64,000 bases of DNA, from positions 770,543 through 834,542 of the forward strand of contig OZ252098.1 in the NCBI GenBank assembly GCA_965248355.1. Reading direction: 5' to 3'. The first letter of the stretch is position 1. The number at the start of each line of letters is the position of its first letter. Source of the DNA: Candidatus Latescibacterota bacterium. Lineage in GTDB: Bacteria > Latescibacterota > UBA2968 > UBA8231. Positions 26,610 through 34,217 of this stretch are shown here, piece by piece. A program made the translations under genes and the position numbers. The notes under the pieces were generated by a model. It was not told the origin of the DNA, did no database searches, and worked only from the letters and a program-made list of their open reading frames with translations.

Positions 26610-27878
26610 ATGACATCCGATGCAGTGGCCCGTGATCAACCGCGCGAGCACGCCCGCTACGGAGCCGCCTCCCAGCAGGAGGCCCGGGGACCGCTGCCGC
26701 AACCCTTCCCGCGGCAGATCGGACCTCGGGCCATGGAGTACCTGCAGGAGGTCGTCGACTCCGGGCTCACCAGCGACATGGTGACCCGCTTCGAGCAGGC
26801 CTTCGCCGAGGCCCACGGCGCCGCCCACTGCATCGCCACGCCGGGGTGCACGCCGGCCCTGGCCGTGCTCGCCGCGGCCTTCGATTTCGAGCCGGGCGAC
26901 GAGATCGTGGTCAGCTCGGTGAGCGACTACGGCACGGTGCAGGGCCTGATCAGCGGCGGCTACATCCCCGTCTTCGCGGATACCGCCCCGGGCACCGTCA
27001 TCGTCAGCGCCGAGACGGTCGAGGCCTGCATCTCCGAGCGTACGCGGGCCATCCTCGTCGTGCACCTGACGGGGCTGATCTGCGACATGGACGGCATCAA
27101 CGAAGTCGCCGCGCGTCACGGCCTGGTCGTGTACGAGGACGCCTGCCAGGCGGTCTTCGGGCGGTACAAGGGCCGCGGGGCCGGCACCCTGGCCACGGCG
27201 GGCGCCTTCTCCTTCGATTCGGAGAAGACCATGGGCTCCGACGTGGGGGGCTGCATCCTCACCGACGACGGGGAGCTGGCTGAGAGGGCCCGCTTCGTCG
27301 GTCAGAGCCGCGGCGGGGAGATGGTGGAGCACTTCGGGCGCGTGCACAGGGTGAACGGCTTCGCCCACCGCATGACCCAGTCCACGGCCGCCATCAGCCT
27401 GGCCCAGTTGGAGGTCATCCGTCCCCAGGTCGAGCACCGCGATCGCATGATCCGCCTGTTGAGCGGGCTTCTCGACGAGATCCCCGGCGTGTCGGCCCTG
27501 CCGATCCCGCCGGAGACCGAGGTCTACTCCTGCTGGATGGCGGGGTTCACCATCGACCCGGAGCCGTTCCGGTGCGGCACGGAGGAGTTCGGCGCCCAGG
27601 TGGCGGCCTCAGGCATCCCCGGGGCAGGCCAGGCGCGGTACTACCTGCTGCCGGCGGCGTTGCCGTATCTCGCAGAGGCGGCCGAGAAGCGCAGCTACCC
27701 GTACTCGCAACCGCCCGCCTCACGCACCTACCGCTACGATGCGGCCACCTGTCCGAACGCGCAGGCGGTGCTGGAGCGCTTCATCCGCTGGAGCAGCTTC
27801 AGCGAGAAGTACGAGCCCCGCCACTGCGAGCAGGCGGCGCAGATCGTGCGCCGCGTCGCCGACGAGTACCGGCGATGA
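26610..27878 (+). CDS. DegT/DnrJ/EryC1/StrS-family PLP-dependent sugar aminotransferase
   Basis: Family fold with a PLP-lysine region (FSFDSEKTMGS). Confidence 0.85.
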   Translation: MTSDAVARDQPREHARYGAASQQEARGPLPQPFPRQIGPRAMEYLQEVVDSGLTSDMVTRFEQAFAEAHGAAHCIATPGCTPALAVLAAAFDFEPGDEIVVSSVSDYGTVQGLISGGYIPVFADTAPGTVIVSAETVEACISERTRAILVVHLTGLICDMDGINEVAARHGLVVYEDACQAVFGRYKGRGAGTLATAGAFSFDSEKTMGSDVGGCILTDDGELAERARFVGQSRGGEMVEHFGRVHRVNGFAHRMTQSTAAISLAQLEVIRPQVEHRDRMIRLLSGLLDEIPGVSALPIPPETEVYSCWMAGFTIDPEPFRCGTEEFGAQVAASGIPGAGQARYYLLPAALPYLAEAAEKRSYPYSQPPASRTYRYDAATCPNAQAVLERFIRWSSFSEKYEPRHCEQAAQIVRRVADEYRR

Positions 27879-28651
27879 CGGGTGCCACTCTGCAGCTCGC
27901 CGCCCGCTACTACCGGGCTCGGCCCATCGACCGCCCGGGGTACGAGGAGGTTACGTTGTCGCTGCCGGTGGAGCGGACGGCCCTCGTGGGCATGCACTGC
28001 TGGAACATCGGCTGCCCCGACGGTCCGCCCGTGGACGTGGACTACTGCGTCGGCATGGGCTGGCCCCAGTCGGCGCGGGAGGCCGGGCGCATCATGGCCG
28101 AGGTCATCCGCCCGGCCATGGACGAGGCCCGCTCCGTCGGCATGGCGGTCTGCCACGTGGAGAGCGACTGGATGGACCACCAGTACCCCCACATCGAGTC
28201 GCGCCGTCCGGCCGAGCCGTCCCGCTTGCATCCCCGCCAGCAGGAGATGCTCGATCGCGCTCACGGCGTCGACTACATGAAACGCCCGCCGCTGGCGCAG
28301 ATGCGGCGGGCCGAGGTCGTCTCGCCGGTGGGGGACGAGCCTCTCGTGTTCTACACCGACGTGCTGGACGAGTACCTGCGCAGCCGCGGCGTGGAAACCC
28401 TCATCTACATGGGGTTCGCCGCCGACATGTGCCTCCTCGGCGCCGAGGGGGGAGCGCGGGCCATGCTGGCCCGCGGCTATCGCTGCGTCGTCATGCGCGA
28501 CGGCACGGTCGGCGTGGAGACCCCGGAGAGCTTCCCGCAACGGCTGTCCACCAACTACGCCCTTCACATCTTCGAGTGGAGCATCGGCTTCGGCTGCACC
28601 TTCGCGGAGTTCCGGCAGGCCGTAGAACAGGTGAGAGGTGAGCAATCATGA
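27875..28651 (+). CDS. isochorismatase-like cysteine hydrolase
   Basis: VGMHCWN ... K ... LIYMGFAADMCL matches the D-K-C catalytic-triad arrangement; ATGA start overlap. Confidence 0.7.
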   Translation: MTGATLQLAARYYRARPIDRPGYEEVTLSLPVERTALVGMHCWNIGCPDGPPVDVDYCVGMGWPQSAREAGRIMAEVIRPAMDEARSVGMAVCHVESDWMDHQYPHIESRRPAEPSRLHPRQQEMLDRAHGVDYMKRPPLAQMRRAEVVSPVGDEPLVFYTDVLDEYLRSRGVETLIYMGFAADMCLLGAEGGARAMLARGYRCVVMRDGTVGVETPESFPQRLSTNYALHIFEWSIGFGCTFAEFRQAVEQVRGEQS

Positions 28652-29652
28652 GCCTGCGCATCTGCCCCTGGAAGCACGGCAAGCGCTGGGTCTACTCGAT
28701 CACCTACGACGAGGCCCTGGCCGACCTGCACCGCTTCGCCGTCCCAATGCACGAGGAGTACGCAATCCCCGGCCACGTGGAGCTCCTCGTCGGCCAGATG
28801 GGGGAGATCCGCAAGGCCGGAAACTCCAGCTACAACGGCTACCGCCACATGAACGGGGACGAGCTGCGCGACCTGCTCGCCCGCGGCTGGGGGGTCGGCA
28901 ACCACTCCTGGAGCCACCAGATCATCACGCCGGAGATGGTGGACGAGGAGATCGGCCGCGCCAAGCAGGTCCTGGAGGAGGCCATCGGCGAGCCCGTGAT
29001 CCTCTACTGCTCGCCCGGCGACAACACGAACATGGCCGATCACGTGCTCGAGGCCTGCCGGCGCTACGGCTATCTCGGCGCCATGAGCCTGACGGACGCC
29101 CTCAACCTGCCAGGGGACGAGCTGTTCTGGATCAACCGCACGGCCCTGCACGACCACTACTACGCCCCGTTCTACAGCGCCTACGACCCGTACCGCAACA
29201 TCCGCCAGGCCGAGGCCGTGCAAGGCTGGCTCATCGACTACTGCCACTGCCCCCTGGAGACGGCCGTGCATCCCAACAAGGACTGCTCCGAGGCCCAGCT
29301 GCGGCAGCGCCTGGAGACGGTGCTGTCAGAGGGCGGCGACGAGGTCTGGTGCGCGGTGCCCGAGGAGGCCCTCAGCTATCACCTGATGCGGCGCCACGCT
29401 CAGGTCGAGGCCGTGGAGGACAGCGCCGAAGGGCAGCGCTACCGCATCGATCTGCCGGGACTGCCCGCGCAGGTGCCGTACCGCACCCTGACGTTGGAAG
29501 CCGGCGTGCCGGCGGCCTGGTGCCGGGACCCGCGTATTGTGGTGGACGGGCGGGAGCTGGCGGCGGAGGTGGTGCGGCCCGGCGTGCTGCGGGTGACGGC
29601 GCCGGTGCGGGACGGGACCGAGGTTGGGGTCAGGGTCAGGCCGCGCCCTTGA
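28648..29652 (+). CDS. polysaccharide deacetylase (CE4/NodB-like)
   Basis: HSWSH and other NodB-type motifs; ATGA start overlap. Confidence 0.8.
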   Translation: MSLRICPWKHGKRWVYSITYDEALADLHRFAVPMHEEYAIPGHVELLVGQMGEIRKAGNSSYNGYRHMNGDELRDLLARGWGVGNHSWSHQIITPEMVDEEIGRAKQVLEEAIGEPVILYCSPGDNTNMADHVLEACRRYGYLGAMSLTDALNLPGDELFWINRTALHDHYYAPFYSAYDPYRNIRQAEAVQGWLIDYCHCPLETAVHPNKDCSEAQLRQRLETVLSEGGDEVWCAVPEEALSYHLMRRHAQVEAVEDSAEGQRYRIDLPGLPAQVPYRTLTLEAGVPAAWCRDPRIVVDGRELAAEVVRPGVLRVTAPVRDGTEVGVRVRPRP

Positions 29653-29683
29653 CATTGCATGCTATACGTCATTGGCGTATATT
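29649..29683 (+). promoter_or_regulatory. sigma70-like promoter for the toxin-antitoxin pair
   Basis: TTGCAT, a 17-nt spacer, then TATATT, ending about 7 nt before the toxin ATG; TTGACA overlaps upstream. Confidence 0.4.
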
Positions 29684-29689
29684 GGGGCC

Positions 29690-30007
29690 ATGCTCTTCGT
29701 CGAAACACCAATCTTCACAAAGGAGATTGTGACCCTGTTATCCGATGAGGACTACCGGGCAATACAGTTGGCCATTTTACTCCGCCCAGAATCAGGAAAG
29801 ACAATTCAAGGTACGGGTGGGTTGCGAAAACTCAGGTGGAAATTCCCTCGTGGTGGCAAGCGGGGCGGTCTTCGTGTTGTCTACTACTGGGACCCGCCGG
29901 ACGATGTCCTTTACATGCTATGGGTATATCGCAAGAGCCGGCAGGAAGATCTCACGCCTCGCCAGTGCAAGTTGCTTGGCAAACTCGTAAAGGAGTATCT
30001 CGCATGA
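29690..30007 (+). CDS. RelE/HigB-superfamily toxin, Gp49-like (DUF891-type)
   Basis: GGLRKLRW ... GGLRVVYYW ... LYMLWVYRKS; 105 aa; stop overlaps the antitoxin ATG. Confidence 0.7.
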   Translation: MLFVETPIFTKEIVTLLSDEDYRAIQLAILLRPESGKTIQGTGGLRKLRWKFPRGGKRGGLRVVYYWDPPDDVLYMLWVYRKSRQEDLTPRQCKLLGKLVKEYLA

Positions 30008-30294
30008 ACGAGCGCGACTTTGACCAACTCGTAGCCAGCGTCAAGCAAGCCGGAGCGATCAAGCGCGGTGAGTTGAAGCCAGGGCGAATGACTCAGATGG
30101 ATCCCGAGGATATCCGGATGATCCGGAGGAGACTGAATAAGTCGCAATCAGAATTTGCCCTGATGATTGGCGTCAGCGTCTCTACTCTGCAGAATTGGGA
30201 GCAGGGACGGCGGCGCCCCGAGGGTCCTGCTCGGGCTCTGCTAAAGATTGCTTCGGAAAACCCCGAGACCGTGGCACGGTCGTTAGGCGCTTGA
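30004..30294 (+). CDS. XRE-family HTH antitoxin (HigA-like)
   Basis: HTH region QSEFALMIGVSVSTLQNWEQGRR; AAGGAG ribosome-binding site. Confidence 0.75.
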   Translation: MNERDFDQLVASVKQAGAIKRGELKPGRMTQMDPEDIRMIRRRLNKSQSEFALMIGVSVSTLQNWEQGRRRPEGPARALLKIASENPETVARSLGA

Positions 30295-30354
30295 GCAACC
30301 CCTCACCCCCCTGACTTCAGGCCAGTCCGCTTCCCACTGTCGCTTCTGGTCCAC

Positions 30355-31013
30355 TTGGCGCTCATGGTTCGGCATAGCACGACACAGGACGAGGAAGTCT
30401 TGACAGCTTCCGAGTACGACAAGGCAGGGGATTTCTATCTGAACTGGCTGGACCGGAATGTTCCGGACAGGGATCGGGGAATCCAGTCCTCGGTAGAGAT
30501 CATGCTGGCCATGCTGGACGATGTCCAAGGGATCAGGGTATGCGACCTGGGATGCGGTGAAGGGTATCTGTCTCGCATCCTGGCCAGTCGAGGGGCTCTC
30601 GTCACGGGTGTTGACATTTCGCGGATACTGCTGCGGCATGCGAAGGAGCATTCTGACGATCACGGCATCAGGTATGTCCTGGACGATGCGTCTTCTCTCC
30701 CTTCAATGGAGAGAATCCCAAGGAGGATCTCGACGAGGAGGGGAACTTCAAGGCCTTGCGTGTTTCACGATATGGCCATGAAGGCAAGTGGTACTCCGAT
30801 GGAAGCGGGATGTGCGGAACCCTTGGCAGCCACCACCGAACGCTCTCGACCTACTTCAATACCTTGATCCGAAGCGGATTCCAACTTTCCGAGATCTCCG
30901 AACCGCTTGAGGATTCTGCAGCAGACCCGGCGGAGAGGCGTCGAGAGAGCATCGTGCCGACCCTCCTGATCGCCAAGGCGATCGCCCTGCGGCATTGTCC
31001 CGATCTTAGTTGA
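30355..31013 (+). pseudogene. class I SAM-dependent methyltransferase, frameshifted near 30700 and 3'-truncated by an IS insertion
   Basis: Motif I (VCDLGCGEG) lies in the first frame and the C-terminal region continues in another; the terminal stop lies inside the IS inverted repeat. Confidence 0.6.
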
Positions 31014-32401
31014 AATAGCACAGGCTCCCATCGTTACGTTTGATACGAGAAATCCCCAAGAAGCCTCGTATCGGTAACCCAAGGAGCCTGCCATGAGCAA
31101 GCTACAAGCACGGAAAAGGGGCGTCAAACGGACCGTGGCCATCGGCCCCGTGAACCGCCAAGCCACCGCGTCGATGGACGATCTGGAGACTCGCATCGAG
31201 GTCATCCAGCTGCTGATCCCTTTGGGTCTGCAGGCGGTCTCGGAGGAGCTGCAGCAGTCGGTCGAGGCCTTGGCCGGACCTCGGTATCAGCGCAAGGGTC
31301 CGGATCAGGCGTTGCGCCGCTGGGGGGCGCAGGCCGGGTCGGTGTACCTGGGCGATCAGAAACTGCCGGTCGAGGTGCCGCGCGTGCGCGATGTGGTCCG
31401 CGGCACCGAGGTCCCGCTGGAGGCCTACCAGGCCCTGCAGACGCCGAGGCAGATGGATCAGGGGCTGTTGTTGCGGGTGCTGAAGGGCTTGGCCACGCGC
31501 AACTACGAGGCCTGCGCCGAGACCGTCCCGCAAGCCTTCGGTCTGTCCCGTTCCTCGGTCTCTCGCCGGTACGTGAAAGGCACGGCGCGCAAGCTGGCCG
31601 AATTCCAGCAGCGATCCTTGGAAGGCTACGACCTGGTGGCGCTGTTTCTGGACGGCAAGAGCTTCGCCGACGAGGAGATCCTCATCGCCCTGGGTGTGAC
31701 TCTGGAGGGCCAGAAGGTGCCCTTGGGCTTCGTGCAGGCGGCCACCGAGAACGAGCGCGTCTGTCGCCGCTTCCTGGCGGAGCTGGTCGAGCGGGGCCTG
31801 CAATACGAAGCCGGGCTGCTCGTGGTGATCGATGGAGGCAAGGGCCTGTACAAGGCGGTGCGGTCGGTGCTTCAAGGCCATGCCTGCGTGCAGCGATGCC
31901 AGTATCACAAGCGCCAGAACGTGGTCTCGTACCTGCCCAAGAGCGAGCAGGCCGGCGTTCGTCGAAAGCTGGAAGCGGCGTATGGGCACTCGACGTACGA
32001 GGAGGCCCAAGCCGCCCTGGAGGCGCTGAAACCGGGGTTGCAGTTGATGAACCAGTCGGCCCTGCGCAGCTTGGAGGAAGGCCAGCAAGAAACCCTCACG
32101 CTCCACCGCCTGGGCCTGATGCCGATGCTGAAGGCCTCCTTCCGTACCACCAACTGTATCGAGAACGTCAACAGTCTCCTGGAGCAGTTGACGCACAACG
32201 TGCGGCGCTGGACCAACTCGTCGCAGCGTCACCGCTGGGTCGCCACGGCGTTGCTTGACATCGAACCTCGCCTCCGCCGGGTCAACGGCTACCACCACCT
32301 GCCGATGCTCCGGCAAGCGCTCCAAGCCGAGCTCGGCATCCAGCAGCTCGCGATGACGGGCTGACTCATCCACTCGAGCCTGGGCTACGTTTCAACTGAG
32401 A
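31005..32401 (+). mobile_element. IS256-family insertion sequence
   Basis: Imperfect inverted repeats of about 26 bp, TCTTAGTTGAAATAGCACAGGCTC (left) and the reverse complement of GAGCCTGGGCTACGTTTCAACTGAGA (right), flank one transposase gene; about 1.4 kb. Confidence 0.75.
31093..32364 (+). CDS. IS256-family (mutator-type) transposase
   Basis: DGGKG ... QRCQYHKRQN ... TTNCIENVNS matches the conserved IS256 family pattern. Confidence 0.9.
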   Translation: MSKLQARKRGVKRTVAIGPVNRQATASMDDLETRIEVIQLLIPLGLQAVSEELQQSVEALAGPRYQRKGPDQALRRWGAQAGSVYLGDQKLPVEVPRVRDVVRGTEVPLEAYQALQTPRQMDQGLLLRVLKGLATRNYEACAETVPQAFGLSRSSVSRRYVKGTARKLAEFQQRSLEGYDLVALFLDGKSFADEEILIALGVTLEGQKVPLGFVQAATENERVCRRFLAELVERGLQYEAGLLVVIDGGKGLYKAVRSVLQGHACVQRCQYHKRQNVVSYLPKSEQAGVRRKLEAAYGHSTYEEAQAALEALKPGLQLMNQSALRSLEEGQQETLTLHRLGLMPMLKASFRTTNCIENVNSLLEQLTHNVRRWTNSSQRHRWVATALLDIEPRLRRVNGYHHLPMLRQALQAELGIQQLAMTG

Positions 32402-32612
32402 ATGGGACTTGCCCCGCCCTGCCTATTCGCCCGGATCTCCCCTGACACGTCCACCTGTCCCGCGTACCCGCAGAGCGGACCTCAGCGTGGCCGCAGGATG
32501 GCAGCGGAGCCGGCGGGACACGTCGAAGTGTCCGACTCTGAACCGTTGTTGATCCGCCAGGCCGGGGCCGTGCAGGGCTGGCTCATCGACCACTGTCACT
32601 CGCCGGGAGGAG

Positions 32613-33200
32613 TCATGGCTTGCGCGCCAGGAGCTGTACCACTGCTTCACGCCTTCCGTCTTCGAGCTTGGTCACCTTTTCGGCGAACCGCAGCAGCTCC
32701 CAGCCGGCAAAGGCCAGCCGCAATTCCTGGGGGTCGGCGAGGTGGTCGGGATTGCCGGGGCCCCATCCGAATCCCGCCTGCGCCTTGGCATAGGTCTGAA
32801 ACAGGAAGTGGCCGCCGCTCTTGAGCGCCGACCTGACACGGGGGAAGAGCGCCGGCTCGTGAAAGTAGAGGTTCGTCACCAGATCCCAGTTCTCGACGCC
32901 GGCATCGAAGGACAGCACGTCGGATGCAATCGTCTCAACCTCGACACGGCGCTCGGCTGCCAGCCGCCGGCACCACGCCATTGCGGCTGGAGCGATGTCC
33001 ACGGCTGTCACCGCGAAACCGAGCTCCGCCAGGAAAACGGCGTTCCTGCCGGCTCCAGCGGCCAGACACAAGGCGCGGCCCGGTTTCAGTTCCCTCGCTT
33101 CCGTCGCGAGAAACGGCACCGGCTCGCGGTTCGGCTCGAAATCGCCGGCGCGGTAGCGGGATTCCCACTTCTCCTTGGGAGATACTGGCGGCTGTGCCAT
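32613..33200 (-). CDS. class I SAM-dependent methyltransferase
   Basis: LCLAAGAGRNAVFLAELG motif I; 195 aa. Confidence 0.75.
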   Translation of the reverse strand: MAQPPVSPKEKWESRYRAGDFEPNREPVPFLATEARELKPGRALCLAAGAGRNAVFLAELGFAVTAVDIAPAAMAWCRRLAAERRVEVETIASDVLSFDAGVENWDLVTNLYFHEPALFPRVRSALKSGGHFLFQTYAKAQAGFGWGPGNPDHLADPQELRLAFAGWELLRFAEKVTKLEDGRREAVVQLLARKP

Positions 33201-33217
33201 CTTGTGACGCCCGGTTC

Positions 33218-34165
33218 CTACTTTCGGTCTCCGGCGCCGTATCCCCCGTCGAAGAACGTCTTCAGGCCAGGGTGCTCCTGGATGTAGCTCTTCAACTCCA
33301 GGACGATGTTCTCCTGAAGCTGGATGCTGTGGCCGCCGTCGACCGGCAACACCACGCCGGTGATGAAGGCGGCTTCTTCCGAGCACAGAAACGAGACCGC
33401 GTTGCCGATGTCTTCCGGCACCCCCGTGCGCCTCACCGGGTACTGCAACTCGAGAAGCCGGAACCCGGCTTCGTTGGCCACGTCCGACCACAGCTTCTCC
33501 AGGCCCTCCGTCACGATATGGCCCGGAGCGACGGCATTCACCGTGATCCCCAGCGGCCCGAAGTCGATCGCCATCTGGCGCGTGAGACCGATGACCGCCG
33601 CCTTCCCGGATTCGTAGACCATGGTCCCGGCCGCCTGCAGCAGCCCGTGCACGGAGGAGATGTTGACGATGCGGCCGACCTCCATGGCCGGCGGCGAGCC
33701 GTGGCGCAGGCCGCGGCCCTCCCACGGCCCGGGATCGAACCCCTGCGGCGGTCCTGACTCGGTCATGGCCGGCACCCCGTACTTGGCGCCGAGGAAGTGG
33801 GCCATCACCAGCAGATCCATCCCCTTCCGCCAGGATTCGACGTCCACTTCCAGGGCGCTGCCGTCCGAATAGCCGATGACCCCGAAGGCGTTCTGAACGA
33901 GGATGTCGAGGCGCCCGTACTCTTCGACAGCGCGTGCGACCATCTCTTTGGCGACCTCTTCCTTCGACACGTCGCCGAGAATGGAGGAGGCCCGTCCTCC
34001 CCCATCCCGGATCCGTTCGGCGCTGGCAGCCGCCCCGTCCTCGTCGATGTCGACGATGAGGACCGCCGAGCCGTCGGCGGCCAGCTTGCGGGCGATGCCG
34101 GCGCCGATTCCGGTGGCGCCGCCCGTTACGATGGCGACCTTGCCGTGCAGTTTCGTCCGATCCAT
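33218..34165 (-). CDS. SDR-family oxidoreductase
   Basis: TGGATGIGAGIA NAD-binding site; GGAGG ribosome-binding site. Start assigned from the ORF track's frame. Confidence 0.85.
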   Translation of the reverse strand: MDRTKLHGKVAIVTGGATGIGAGIARKLAADGSAVLIVDIDEDGAAASAERIRDGGGRASSILGDVSKEEVAKEMVARAVEEYGRLDILVQNAFGVIGYSDGSALEVDVESWRKGMDLLVMAHFLGAKYGVPAMTESGPPQGFDPGPWEGRGLRHGSPPAMEVGRIVNISSVHGLLQAAGTMVYESGKAAVIGLTRQMAIDFGPLGITVNAVAPGHIVTEGLEKLWSDVANEAGFRLLELQYPVRRTGVPEDIGNAVSFLCSEEAAFITGVVLPVDGGHSIQLQENIVLELKSYIQEHPGLKTFFDGGYGAGDRK

Positions 34166-34217
34166 GCGTTTGCCTCCTGGCGACGAAGCGGAGCGCTGTA
34201 GAGTGCCGCGCCGAATC

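Noticed and set aside
30355-31013. Considered programmed ribosomal frameshifting to explain the two-frame methyltransferase.
   Set aside because: There is no slippery heptamer or downstream structure at the shift. The gene is also truncated by the IS, so simple decay is the more economical explanation.
32402-32824. ORF 32402-32824+ (140 aa) downstream of the IS element.
   Set aside because: It overlaps the minus-strand methyltransferase and is made of fragmentary similarity to the deacetylase and heparinase-like genes. It is treated as a recombination scar, not a gene.
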